Origin: Fibrobacteria bacterium
Lineage (GTDB): Bacteria > Fibrobacterota > Fibrobacteria > UBA11236
Assembly (NCBI GenBank): GCA_043745805.1
Contig: JAYTSD010000020.1
Span: 32,001-96,000 of the forward strand
DNA length: 64,000 nt
Direction: 5' to 3'
Shown here: in pieces, positions 19,306 through 29,217 of the stretch
How positions within the stretch are numbered: the first letter of the stretch is position 1
Layout of the letters: each line of letters starts with the position of its first letter
Made by a program: the position numbers and the translations under genes
The notes under the pieces: generated by a model
Database searches by the model: none
Told to the model about the DNA's origin: nothing
Seen by the model: only the letters and a program-made list of their open reading frames with translations

Positions 19306-19761
19306 ATGAAAAAGACAGCAGTAGAAGAAACACCAAAGAAAGCTAAAGAGGCCGCGCCAATTAGCAAGTCACCCAATAAAATGAGTGCTTCCGAACTTAA
19401 ATTTTTCGAACAATTGCTCAATGAAAAAAAAGAACTCTTGATTCAAGAGTTGAGTTATTTGGAAGACAATTCCATGCGGCTTAATTCCAAAGATGGCGCA
19501 GGAGATTTATCCAATCACGCCTATCATTTAGCCGACCATGCTACGGAAACCCAAGATCGCGAACAAGCTTTTCATATGGCCAGCCGCGAAGGTAAATTTT
19601 TGCTGTATATCGAAGAGGCCTTAGACCGCGTGCGTGCGGGTACTTTTGGGGCATGCAAGAAATGTGGTAAACTTATTCCTAAAGCACGTTTGGAAGCGGT
19701 TCCTACCGCTAAAATGTGTATTGATTGTAAATCTGCACAAGAGCAAGCTTCTGGCGACTAA
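19306..19761 (+). CDS. TraR/DksA-family C4 zinc-finger protein
   Basis: AAGGAG RBS; coiled coil with HLADHATE tip; CKKC...IPKARLEAVP...CIDC. Confidence 0.9.
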   Translation: MKKTAVEETPKKAKEAAPISKSPNKMSASELKFFEQLLNEKKELLIQELSYLEDNSMRLNSKDGAGDLSNHAYHLADHATETQDREQAFHMASREGKFLLYIEEALDRVRAGTFGACKKCGKLIPKARLEAVPTAKMCIDCKSAQEQASGD

Positions 19762-19783
19762 TTAAAACTTGATAGACATTGAT

Positions 19784-19815
19784 ATGTAGGAGCACAACAT
19801 TTTGTGCCCCTACAT
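19784..19815. repeat. GTAG-type REP-like palindrome
   Basis: atGTAGgagcacaa-catt-ttgtgcccCTACat, a 14-bp stem with one mismatch, downstream of the dksA-like gene. Confidence 0.65.
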
Positions 19816-19944
19816 TTACGTGACCATATACGTATCACAACACATTTATCCTCGAATCCCCCAGCCTCTTTAATTTTAATATCCCCGGATGATTTTAATA
19901 ATGCATCCGCTTTCGTTTTACGCTAAGATAAACAGAGGAAATTT

Positions 19945-20280
19945 ATGGCAAACGAAAAACGCATTACCGGTAGATGGCCTATTGAAGCCACCGCACAATT
20001 AATGGCACGAGGTATTGTTTACAATACCAATATTTTGAATGTGAATTTAGGTGGCTGCTTTTTGGATGGTATTTTTCCTACTGAAGTAGGGGAAGTCATT
20101 GTTATTGGAAGCGTTTATAATGCGCAGATAAATGGATTGCAAGCAAAAGTCATGTGGATTGTTAACGAACCCAATTTAAACGGTATCGGGGTGGCTTTTG
20201 AGCCGATGAATGATACGCAAAAATTCGATTTAATAAAGTGGTTTAATCAAATTGTGCCTGATCCGCGCGCAAGGCCTTGA
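19945..20280 (+). CDS. PilZ-domain protein
   Basis: RxxxR (RITGR) and NxNxGG motifs, AKVMW and GIGVAF strands; 111 aa. Confidence 0.85.
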   Translation: MANEKRITGRWPIEATAQLMARGIVYNTNILNVNLGGCFLDGIFPTEVGEVIVIGSVYNAQINGLQAKVMWIVNEPNLNGIGVAFEPMNDTQKFDLIKWFNQIVPDPRARP

Positions 20281-21672
20281 TTAAAGTGGCATAGAGACAA
20301 TCAGCTTCGCTAGACTATTCATTTGTAAATCAACTTTAGTGTTCCAATCCGTAGTCTCGCCTTGCCAACCGAGTGAGGTAAGAAAATCTATGCGATAAAT
20401 TGTGTTTTCGAATAAGCCATGCAGATAAACTCCATAAACTTTATTTTGCTGCCAACCTAATTCATCTGCTAAATAAGTAATGGCCTTGGGTCCTGCGTTG
20501 GTTTGCCCATGATGGATTTCATAGCCTTTTAACATTTGTCCATTTTTCCAAGGAATCGTTTTTTGCTGAGTAGTTTTGTTGGGCATTAATATTGTCGTGA
20601 GGTCCAATAATCCCAAGCCTTCAATATCGCCGCTTTCCAAATGTTGAGGATCCAAAATTTGATTCCCTAATAATTGCATGCCTCCGCAAATCCCAAAAAT
20701 GGGAACACCTTTTTTTGCAGCTTGGATTAAGTCTTTAGTAAGACCTGTATCTTGTAAGTGACGTAGGCTGGCAGCGGTATTTTTGCTGCCGGGAAGAATG
20801 ATGGCGGCAAAATCATCTAAGAGTGTGGTATCGCGAATGGGTACAACGGTTACACTTGTTTCATAGATGAGCGGATCAAACTCATCGAGATTGCTCGCAT
20901 AAGGATAGTTAATCAAGGCGAGATTGATATTACCTGCAATAGGTTTGGCTCGATAGGTGAATGTGTCTTCTTCTGGAAGTATATGCGGGGACATCGGAAT
21001 GACCGCCACGGTTTTTACTCCGGTTTTGGCCTCTAGCCACTGGCTTGCATTGCCCAATAAGGTGGGGTCACCACGAAATTTATTCAAGATGAAACCTTTA
21101 ATTAATGCCTTTTCATTTTTCTCCAAACATTCCCAAGTTCCGAGTAAATGTGCAAAAGCTCCCCCGCGGTCAATATCGGCTACGAGGTATACATCGGCTT
21201 GGCATTCTAAGGCGACACTCATATTCACAATGTCATTTTGCCGCAAATTAATTTCTGCCGGACTTCCTGCGCCTTCTATCACCACTTGTTCATAATCCGT
21301 AATAAGACTATGTAACGCTTGAGTTACAATAGGCCACAAATGCTCTTTGCGTTCAAGCCAAGGTAACTTACTGATGACAGAATTGAATTTCCCCAGTGTG
21401 ATAACTTGTGCATAAGTATCAGAACTTGGTTTTAGCAAAATGGGATTCATGCGCACTTGGGGAATTATGCGAGCTGCCAAGGCCTGTAGGTATTGCGCTC
21501 GACCCATTTCTAAACCTTGGGAGGTTACTGCTGAATTATTGCTCATGTTTTGTGCTTTAAATGGAGCCACGCTTATGCCTTGATTGGCAAAATGTCGGCA
21601 TAGACAAGTCACCACAAAAGACTTTCCCGCGTCGCTAGTGCAGCCCATGATCATGATTGGTTTTTTAGACAT
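20281..21672 (-). CDS. cobQ: Cobyric acid synthase
   Basis: GCTSDAGKS, PFKAQNMSNN, MNPILLKP, EGAGSPAEINL, DIDRGG; glutaminase motifs GICGG and YEIH. Confidence 0.95.
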   Translation of the reverse strand: MSKKPIMIMGCTSDAGKSFVVTCLCRHFANQGISVAPFKAQNMSNNSAVTSQGLEMGRAQYLQALAARIIPQVRMNPILLKPSSDTYAQVITLGKFNSVISKLPWLERKEHLWPIVTQALHSLITDYEQVVIEGAGSPAEINLRQNDIVNMSVALECQADVYLVADIDRGGAFAHLLGTWECLEKNEKALIKGFILNKFRGDPTLLGNASQWLEAKTGVKTVAVIPMSPHILPEEDTFTYRAKPIAGNINLALINYPYASNLDEFDPLIYETSVTVVPIRDTTLLDDFAAIILPGSKNTAASLRHLQDTGLTKDLIQAAKKGVPIFGICGGMQLLGNQILDPQHLESGDIEGLGLLDLTTILMPNKTTQQKTIPWKNGQMLKGYEIHHGQTNAGPKAITYLADELGWQQNKVYGVYLHGLFENTIYRIDFLTSLGWQGETTDWNTKVDLQMNSLAKLIVSMPL

Positions 21673-21708
21673 GGTTAAAAGTTAGGTAATACCCTTTAGG
21701 TTGCCTTG

Positions 21709-24681
21709 TTATTTCAAACTATTAAATCCCGCCATATCCACTAATACTTTTTCTTCATGCGTTATAGCATCCATCCAAATAATTTGGCTATGTCCTTCTT
21801 GATAGGCCTCAAATAATAATCCTTCGCGGTTACCGAATTTTTTAGGAAATACTCCCTCTTCACTTCTTAAACTTTCATGGCGATTGCCGGTTACCTTTTC
21901 GGTTTGCTTACTTAATAAATTAAAAGCATTTAAATCCAAAAGATTAACGCCTGCCGTATAATAAAGGGTTTGGCTATCTTTAGCCCAATGAAAATCTCGC
22001 ACTTGGCTGCGCTGGGTGGCAGAAAATATTGTTTTATCACTTTGCTGAAATACTTGTAGCTCTAAAGTTTGATCGGGTAATAAGGAGGTAAAGGCCAGGA
22101 AATGCTCGTCAGGACTCCAGCTTATAGGCCCGGCTAAATGCAGGCTATCACTTATTAGGGTAACATGATCCATTTCCAAGTCGGCAATATAAAGTTGCGA
22201 TAGCGTGCTATGCTGCACAATAAAAGACATGCGATTACTATTGGGTGCAATATCAAATCCACTAATGTTTGTAAAGCTACCTTTCGACAAGTTGAGCATT
22301 TTTCCCCGCATGTCTATTTGAAATAAATCACTACTGTCGGAGAAATTATTTTTGTCTTTTGTTTTATGACCTAATAAAACATAAAGTACACGTCCTTTAT
22401 TATCCCAATGCCATTGTTTTAAGATGAGGTCATTAGTCAAATTGGGCAATAAACATTTGGGTTGCACCGTGTCGAGGGAAACGGGCAGGGCATAAAGATT
22501 AGCAGAATCCTTTGATCCTCCGATAAAGGCTAAAGAATTTTTTAAATAACCAAATATGGGTTGAGTAACCATTAATCCTTGGTGTTGCAAAGGATATTCA
22601 AAGCCATTACGCATATCATGAATATAAAGTCGACCAGAAGCATGCGGACTTTCGGCGTTTATAAAAGGAAAAATTTGGCTAGTATAATCGTCAGCGGTGG
22701 GATTAAGTTCCAATTCATATTCAGTATGTAGTACTTCGGCCAATAATTTTTTTAAGGTAGCATCGGGCTGCACCTGATAATCCAAAGTGATTAGACGATG
22801 ATTTGATTTTACGAGTTGATGTTTGCGATCGAAAACCAAACTTAAATGGCCAATATAAATGCCATCTTTACCTGAACAAAGCATCAAGGTATTCCCTATT
22901 TTTAGTGGCGTAGAGCGTGCTTCGTCCTCGCCAGAAAGTATAATAGCGCCGAGGTCAGTAAACTCCTGCGCAAGATGGGAAGCTACTTCTAGAGGTGCAT
23001 CTAATAAAAGTATCACAAAGGTTTTGGAAAAATCTTTCTTTTTTTTCCAACGCTGCAGGCTTACCGAAATACTTTCCACTTGCTTAGAGAGTAAACTGTC
23101 GGAATTTTTTTTGTTTGCATTTAAATGCGACATTCCTAAAATCGTTACTTTTTGTCCATGAATGGATTTTTCCATTTTAACCAAGAGATCAGAATTTGCA
23201 AGTCCCTCTTGACTGGCTAGCCAAGGGATTTTTATTTCACCTTGGAGAGATTTAATTTTAGTCCAATCTTTGCGATATTCCCCTGCCCCCACATTTACCG
23301 CATCATAAGGCATTTGCGTATAAGCGGTGAAGATATAGGGTGCGGAGGTTGAGAGCGTGTCGATGGCATTATCTAGTTCTCCGGCATCGAGCAGTATTGA
23401 TTCAGGATAAAAAAGTTTAAGTTCCAATAATTTGGTTTTGCGACGAGCTAAACCTCCGGCCTTGCGTTCATTGTAGGGAACCGGTGCCAATTGCCCATGA
23501 GTGTTACCGGTATAAAAAATATTAATAGCATTCACATCTTGTAGGGCCATTTCATGTTGAATTTTTTGTAATAATGCTTGCGCCTTCCAATGATAAGGAT
23601 CAATGGCTACCGCTTGGGCCACTAGGATTTTAGCTTGGATTATATCTCCGGCTTGAAATTTTATTAAGGCCTTAGCATATATTTCCTCCGCATTAATAGG
23701 ACGAACGGCTTTATGAGAATAATTTAAAGTGAAGCCATGATAATCCCCTAAAGGACCAAAATGCTTATAACCATAATCAATGCCAAAATTATTCATGGTT
23801 AAGCCAAGCCCTGCGGATAAGCCTGCATTTGGCCCCAGCGCACGATCTTCCCAACTTCCGCCGTAGCCCATGCGCAGCAAAAGATAGGGCCGCGCTTGTA
23901 ATTCAAATCCTAAGCCATAGTGTTGTAAACCTTCATTATTATGTTCCATATTGATAAACCCCGACCAAGGGGAATTTAATAAAGGCTTTCCAATTTCCAG
24001 AGCAAAGCTTAAGGGTAACGGTTCTAGGGGTGACGTAGGCGTATCGTAACGTACACCCTGTGAAAGATTGCGAACATTCAATCCAATGCGGAAATTTTCT
24101 AAAAGCAAAAATAATAAACTTAAATCTATAGAATACCCAATGGCACTAATATCATCAATGGCACTATGCAAATAATTAAACTTGGTACCAGCGGCGACGC
24201 GACCTTCCCATAAGGTTTTTCCATAAGCTAAACTAAAGGCAAAATCGGAGGCCGTAGGATTAGAAACTTGTTCATCAATGTCACGAGCATTAGCAAAAGG
24301 AGTAGTAGAAAGTACATTCAGCGAAAGTCCTAAACAGTCTTTGGCAAATAAAGGATAAGTGAGCGCTACGTCTTCATGCCTAAATTCTCCTAAAATTTCA
24401 GCATGCGAAAAAGAGTAATAATAATTTTCCACAAGAGATAATCCTGCAGCATTGGCATGCATGAGAGTGGCCTCTTCATCGGTAGTTTGGCTTAAGCCAC
24501 CGAGGGCAATATTGCGCGCGCCAATAGGGAGTTTTAAAAAATCGAAAGTGGTTACCCCAGCTGAGGTCGCGTCAAATTGGATTAGCCCATCTAGGTTAAG
24601 CGGAGTAGCGCAAAGGACATTTTTTGCCAGTAGACTTATGCCCAAGAGGCTAAGAAAAAACAACTTGGGCATCTTGTGCAT
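21709..24681 (-). CDS. PorV/PorQ-family barrel fused to TPR, 5'-nucleotidase-like and TolB-like propeller domains
   Basis: Start set at MHKMPK, just after the DUF2225 stop; FLKLPIGARNIALGG...NAAGL PorV-type plug; barrel ends GIDYGY...HGFTLNY; YTGNTHG/GGLARR/LDAGE phosphoesterase fold; WSPDE and WAKDS propeller repeats. Confidence 0.75.
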   Translation of the reverse strand: MHKMPKLFFLSLLGISLLAKNVLCATPLNLDGLIQFDATSAGVTTFDFLKLPIGARNIALGGLSQTTDEEATLMHANAAGLSLVENYYYSFSHAEILGEFRHEDVALTYPLFAKDCLGLSLNVLSTTPFANARDIDEQVSNPTASDFAFSLAYGKTLWEGRVAAGTKFNYLHSAIDDISAIGYSIDLSLLFLLLENFRIGLNVRNLSQGVRYDTPTSPLEPLPLSFALEIGKPLLNSPWSGFINMEHNNEGLQHYGLGFELQARPYLLLRMGYGGSWEDRALGPNAGLSAGLGLTMNNFGIDYGYKHFGPLGDYHGFTLNYSHKAVRPINAEEIYAKALIKFQAGDIIQAKILVAQAVAIDPYHWKAQALLQKIQHEMALQDVNAINIFYTGNTHGQLAPVPYNERKAGGLARRKTKLLELKLFYPESILLDAGELDNAIDTLSTSAPYIFTAYTQMPYDAVNVGAGEYRKDWTKIKSLQGEIKIPWLASQEGLANSDLLVKMEKSIHGQKVTILGMSHLNANKKNSDSLLSKQVESISVSLQRWKKKKDFSKTFVILLLDAPLEVASHLAQEFTDLGAIILSGEDEARSTPLKIGNTLMLCSGKDGIYIGHLSLVFDRKHQLVKSNHRLITLDYQVQPDATLKKLLAEVLHTEYELELNPTADDYTSQIFPFINAESPHASGRLYIHDMRNGFEYPLQHQGLMVTQPIFGYLKNSLAFIGGSKDSANLYALPVSLDTVQPKCLLPNLTNDLILKQWHWDNKGRVLYVLLGHKTKDKNNFSDSSDLFQIDMRGKMLNLSKGSFTNISGFDIAPNSNRMSFIVQHSTLSQLYIADLEMDHVTLISDSLHLAGPISWSPDEHFLAFTSLLPDQTLELQVFQQSDKTIFSATQRSQVRDFHWAKDSQTLYYTAGVNLLDLNAFNLLSKQTEKVTGNRHESLRSEEGVFPKKFGNREGLLFEAYQEGHSQIIWMDAITHEEKVLVDMAGFNSLK

Positions 24682-24688
24682 ATAGGCA

Positions 24689-25666
24689 TTAATGATCCCA
24701 GAGTTCGGGATTCTCTCTATCGGCATAAAGGTTTTTTGCCATGTCTGCCCACTTTTCCACAGCAGCAATTTTCACTTCGGGATCGACTTTATTTTGCGCA
24801 ATTTTATCGGATTTTACTTTATCTAAAGCCCCTAAAAAGGCTTGGCATGGCGGTAAATTATTCAGCCGTAAATTAAGGGCAATGACAAGATAGAGAATTT
24901 GAAATTCCATATCGGAATTTTGAAATTCACTGCGCTTATAACTTTCTTCAAAATACTTGGCAGCCAAAGGAATATATTCATCATCCTTACGCTTGTCTTC
25001 GCGTAAGAGCATGGCAATTTTTAAAGTAGCCATACCACTTTTAAACCATGCCATAGGGCTTTCAAAGGCAGCTTCAATTTGCGCTCGATGCAAAGCTAAG
25101 CGATAGCTCATAATAGCATTTTCAATGGGACGAGGATATTTAAAATAGGCGGTAAGGTCAGTAACCTTGTCCAGCATAGCTTTTCTTTCCTCCGTTTTCT
25201 TTTTTAAATCGTCCAGTACATAATTAGAAAGTTGGCTTTTGGTTTCGGCATTGGTTTGTGGGGCATGGGTGATAAAATCTTTTTTATCCGGCGAAGCGAA
25301 AAGACATTTGGGACAAACCGTAACGGCAATGGTACTATAATTAATAGTGCGAAAACCATTAATACCTTGATAACGCGGTGTCATGAATCGATCATGGGTG
25401 ATGTTTTGGCATTTGCTTTTGAGTTCATAGCAAAATAATCCCTCTTCACTACAAACCGGACATTTGACTCGAATTTGAAAAGTGGGATCATCTTTGTCAC
25501 TGGCCACTTCATATATCGCAGGTTTTTTCAACAAATTTTTAATTTCTTGCACATGATTCATATCTATAACCAAGCCATAGACTTTGATATATTGATTGAT
25601 CATTTTTTCATCTTTATTGAAGTGAATCTCCAATTTTTTGCGAATTAACTTTTCATCTAATGCCAT
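24689..25666 (-). CDS. DUF2225-family protein (CxxC pairs plus helical C-terminus)
   Basis: VKCPVC...D...P.Y...VTVCPKCLFAS followed by TPR-like helices. Confidence 0.75.
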   Translation of the reverse strand: MALDEKLIRKKLEIHFNKDEKMINQYIKVYGLVIDMNHVQEIKNLLKKPAIYEVASDKDDPTFQIRVKCPVCSEEGLFCYELKSKCQNITHDRFMTPRYQGINGFRTINYSTIAVTVCPKCLFASPDKKDFITHAPQTNAETKSQLSNYVLDDLKKKTEERKAMLDKVTDLTAYFKYPRPIENAIMSYRLALHRAQIEAAFESPMAWFKSGMATLKIAMLLREDKRKDDEYIPLAAKYFEESYKRSEFQNSDMEFQILYLVIALNLRLNNLPPCQAFLGALDKVKSDKIAQNKVDPEVKIAAVEKWADMAKNLYADRENPELWDH

Positions 25667-25751
25667 ATTTTTCTCCTTTTGCCTCTTCTATTGAATTCGC
25701 AAGGGTTGCCCTAGAACCTATGAAAATGAAATTAGATTTAAGGACTTAGCC

Positions 25752-26819
25752 ATGATTCAGACTTTATTATCACATCTGGCGGAAAATTTTTCAATTTTCA
25801 AAAAAAAAGGCCAAGTTATAAATACTTTAAACTTCGCTTTAACTTTTGCTTTAAGGTTGGCTTGCCCCTTCTACTACTTAGGTTTTAAGACGCATCAATA
25901 TTGGCTTTCATCACGAAAAGCTGTGCCTATCCCCTGCATTATACCTTGCTTTGTGGTAGGAGGATTGCGAGCAGGTGGTTCCGGTAAAACAAGTGTGACC
26001 TTGGAAATAGCGCAGCAATTAAAAGCGGAAGGTTTGCGCGTGCTGATTTTGGCTTATGCTATTAAGCAAAATAAACTAGGAAATTTATGGAGTGAAATTC
26101 AAGAAAATACCTCATGGGAAACATGTTCCGAAGAAGCCCTTTTATTAAAGCAGAAAAGTGGGGTAACCGTTTATGTTACACGTCATCGCGCTAAGGTTTG
26201 GGAGACACTGCAAAGGCTTGCGGAAGCAGGGGAAAAACTATTTGATGTTATAGTCTGTGACGATGGCTTGCAAGATCCGCGTCTTAATCAAGCTTTTCGT
26301 ATTCTTTTACAAAGACCGCAAGAAAAGCCCAACTTGTGGAATTTATTGCCCGCAGGATCATATCGCCAATTAATTACCGATGGACAAAAAGCGGATTTAT
26401 GTTTGCAGGGACCAAATCCTTTTTCCAAGGACATTTCTCTGGATTTAAATTTCTCTCGATCCTTAATTTTTCCAATAGAGTTTGATTTTGCGCAGACCTG
26501 GTGTGCCTTATGCGGCTTGGGTAATATTGAGGCTTTTGTGGAGGATTTAAAACTGGCTGGAGTAAAGTTGCAAGGCATTTTGCGCAATAAAAACCATGGT
26601 CCATTTTCTTATGCTCAAATTATTCAAGCACAAAAACAATTCCCGCATGTTAAATGGTTATGCACAGAAAAAGATGCGATAAAATTGCAGGACTTTTTTA
26701 AAAAGGGTTTAAACTGCGTAGTAATTGGCCAAAAAATTCATTTGCCGGAAAAACTTTTGCCCATATTAAACAAGAGACTTGCTAAACCATGGGCAAAGGA
26801 CTCGATTTTGGTACATTGA
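25752..26819 (+). CDS. lpxK: Tetraacyldisaccharide 4'-kinase
   Basis: VGGLRAGGSGKT, DDGLQ, LLPAG, CGLGN and TEKDAIK motifs; exact start uncertain. Confidence 0.88.
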   Translation: MIQTLLSHLAENFSIFKKKGQVINTLNFALTFALRLACPFYYLGFKTHQYWLSSRKAVPIPCIIPCFVVGGLRAGGSGKTSVTLEIAQQLKAEGLRVLILAYAIKQNKLGNLWSEIQENTSWETCSEEALLLKQKSGVTVYVTRHRAKVWETLQRLAEAGEKLFDVIVCDDGLQDPRLNQAFRILLQRPQEKPNLWNLLPAGSYRQLITDGQKADLCLQGPNPFSKDISLDLNFSRSLIFPIEFDFAQTWCALCGLGNIEAFVEDLKLAGVKLQGILRNKNHGPFSYAQIIQAQKQFPHVKWLCTEKDAIKLQDFFKKGLNCVVIGQKIHLPEKLLPILNKRLAKPWAKDSILVH

Positions 26820-26823
26820 TGCC

Positions 26824-29202
26824 ATGATTATGCATAAAAACCCGACTCACATTCCTTCTCGCTCATTTTACACGATCTCATTTATATTGCGTTTTTCCTT
26901 AGTCATTATATTTGCGCTGCAATTTTCCCAAGCTTATGTGGGTCGCTGGCATAGTTATACCAATTTCAATTCGGTGACTTGTTTGCAAGAGTATAATGGA
27001 ATGCTATTTGCCGGATCCTTGGGCGGAATACGAAAAATCAATCCACAGACGGGCGCGGAAACCGATTATAATAATTTGGATGGTTTAGTCGATGTGCATA
27101 TCGTTAGCCTAACGGTTACCCCTGATCATCAATTGTGGGCAGGTTCTTTTGATGGTTTGCTATACCGCTTCGAAGGAGATCGATTTATCGCTTTTGGTAA
27201 AAGCTATCGCTCCACGGGTTGGAAATTAAACAAAAGAGCTATGGTCAGCGGAGGTCATTATATTGCGGTGGGTTCGGTAAAAGGATTAAGTTTTTTTGAT
27301 ACACGCACGCATGTGGCCGAAGCAGCATTAGAAAAGTTTGCTAAGATAGGGGCTGATTCGGTTAAATCCCTTTTGAAAAAAGGCGATACGCTTTTTGTGG
27401 GTTTAAGTAAAGGTGTTTTTAAGGCTGCCGTGGATTGGGATAATATTCAATCGAATAAATACGGAAGCATTATTGATCCTGCCATTTGGATTCCGGTGGA
27501 TTTTGTGGATTCTACCGATAAGGCTCGTTACAAAAAAGTTACCGTAACTCAAAAGTTATCGACGGTTTCGCCTCTTTTTAAAATATCCCATTTGACCTTA
27601 TTAGCTGCGGATAGTACCCAAAAGGATTCTGCAAAAGATTCACTACCTAAAGTAAAGATCGATACCATTCCTTTTACCGGATTTAATTTTCTGCGTTTGG
27701 TTGAAAATAAAATAGAAGCTTATGATGATGGCATGATTTTGAGTGAGCCTTATTTTGTAAAAGCGATCAATAGAAAGCCATTCATAGCGAATGATAAACA
27801 ATATGTCGACGTGAAGTTTTTTTCTTCGGCGATTTTTATTGGTGAGGATTTGTTTTTAGGAAGTGATTGGGGAATTTGGAAATACGCCAAGCAAGATTTT
27901 GCGGCAGAGTACCATCCTAATTCAAATTACCCTAATTCTTTAATTGCAAATATAGCTGCCAATGAAAATACGGCGGTGGGTATGTCGGGATCGGGTAGCA
28001 ATGTGAATTTTGCTTACACATTAAAAAATAATAATTGGGACCCTATTCTAAATTCAATATTTGGCCCTTCGGTGGAAGTGCTTATGAATCAAATGAAAGA
28101 AGTAAAATTAGCGGATAATGGAGATGTTTATTTTGGTACTTGGGGCTACGGCCTATTTCAAATAAGGGACGGAAAATCCAAAATATGGACGCCCAAAAAT
28201 TCATGCATGGTAAGTGTAATACCAAGTAATGATAGTTTTGGAGTAGTTTATAGCATTAGCAAAATTCGTAAAGGGAATTTGTGGACCGCGCAAATGCATG
28301 GTGTGGGGACTTTGCAATTCGATGTGAACCATTTAGACATCGAAACCGGCAAGCTCAGTTGCTTTGAAAATATGGGAAGCAGTAAGGCTGTGCATTCCGT
28401 GCAAATGTTAACGGATACGATACTTGCTATTGCAGGAAATGGGGGGTTGGATTTGTATAAATACGAAGTACAAAATCATCGTCCCCAACTTAGTCCTTCA
28501 GTACATGTTCAGGTTGAAGGGGCAAGCGATGAAGCTTGGGATGTACGCGCGGATCGCTTTGGGAGAGTTTGGGTATTGGTTAATGATCAATTGGCTTATA
28601 CGGATAGTCTCGCATTGCCTAATCCCAAAACTAGCTTGAAGCTAAAGTACTTGCTTAGCGCAAAGGGAGATGCGTTTAAAGGCCATGCTTGCACGGTAAT
28701 GGATGAGGACACGCATCAAAATTTTTGGATGGGCTGCGATAATGGACTTTATTTTATTGAGCCGGCCCTACAGCCAGAGCTTTCGCGCATTGAAAGTTAT
28801 AATATGGATAATGGCTTATTAGATAATTTGATTTTTGATTTAGCGGTGTCCAAAAAAAATGGCCAAGTTTGGGTCACCACAAAAAATGGGGTAAATATGT
28901 TTGAAGGCCCTGCTCGACCCTTAGCACCCAATTTACAGCAGGTGCAAGTTTATCCCAATCCTTTTCGTGCAAAGCATCAATTAGTGGTTTTCGATAATTT
29001 GGCAAAAGGATCTTCCATTCGAATTTTTACCCAAAGCGGTAATACGGTTCGATACTTTCCAGCCTCACAAATTTTGGGCAATCAATTTCAATGGGATGGC
29101 AATAATGCCAATGGGGAACGTGTAAAACCAGGTGTATATCTTTATGGGATAGAAGCTAATACTGGAACGACACAAGGAAAATTAATTGTAGCTAGAGATT
29201 AA
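26824..29202 (+). CDS. PorZ-like beta-propeller protein with T9SS C-terminal Ig domain
   Basis: Signal peptide then GRWHSYT; two-component-regulator-type propeller repeats; VYPNPFR...IRIFTQSG...WDG...PGVYLY...GKLIVAR C-terminus; ~790 aa. Confidence 0.7.
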   Translation: MIMHKNPTHIPSRSFYTISFILRFSLVIIFALQFSQAYVGRWHSYTNFNSVTCLQEYNGMLFAGSLGGIRKINPQTGAETDYNNLDGLVDVHIVSLTVTPDHQLWAGSFDGLLYRFEGDRFIAFGKSYRSTGWKLNKRAMVSGGHYIAVGSVKGLSFFDTRTHVAEAALEKFAKIGADSVKSLLKKGDTLFVGLSKGVFKAAVDWDNIQSNKYGSIIDPAIWIPVDFVDSTDKARYKKVTVTQKLSTVSPLFKISHLTLLAADSTQKDSAKDSLPKVKIDTIPFTGFNFLRLVENKIEAYDDGMILSEPYFVKAINRKPFIANDKQYVDVKFFSSAIFIGEDLFLGSDWGIWKYAKQDFAAEYHPNSNYPNSLIANIAANENTAVGMSGSGSNVNFAYTLKNNNWDPILNSIFGPSVEVLMNQMKEVKLADNGDVYFGTWGYGLFQIRDGKSKIWTPKNSCMVSVIPSNDSFGVVYSISKIRKGNLWTAQMHGVGTLQFDVNHLDIETGKLSCFENMGSSKAVHSVQMLTDTILAIAGNGGLDLYKYEVQNHRPQLSPSVHVQVEGASDEAWDVRADRFGRVWVLVNDQLAYTDSLALPNPKTSLKLKYLLSAKGDAFKGHACTVMDEDTHQNFWMGCDNGLYFIEPALQPELSRIESYNMDNGLLDNLIFDLAVSKKNGQVWVTTKNGVNMFEGPARPLAPNLQQVQVYPNPFRAKHQLVVFDNLAKGSSIRIFTQSGNTVRYFPASQILGNQFQWDGNNANGERVKPGVYLYGIEANTGTTQGKLIVARD

Positions 29203-29217
29203 ATTAAAAGGCATTAA

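Noticed and set aside
21673-21708. Cobalamin riboswitch before cobQ
   Set aside because: A 36-bp gap is too short and has no B12-box.
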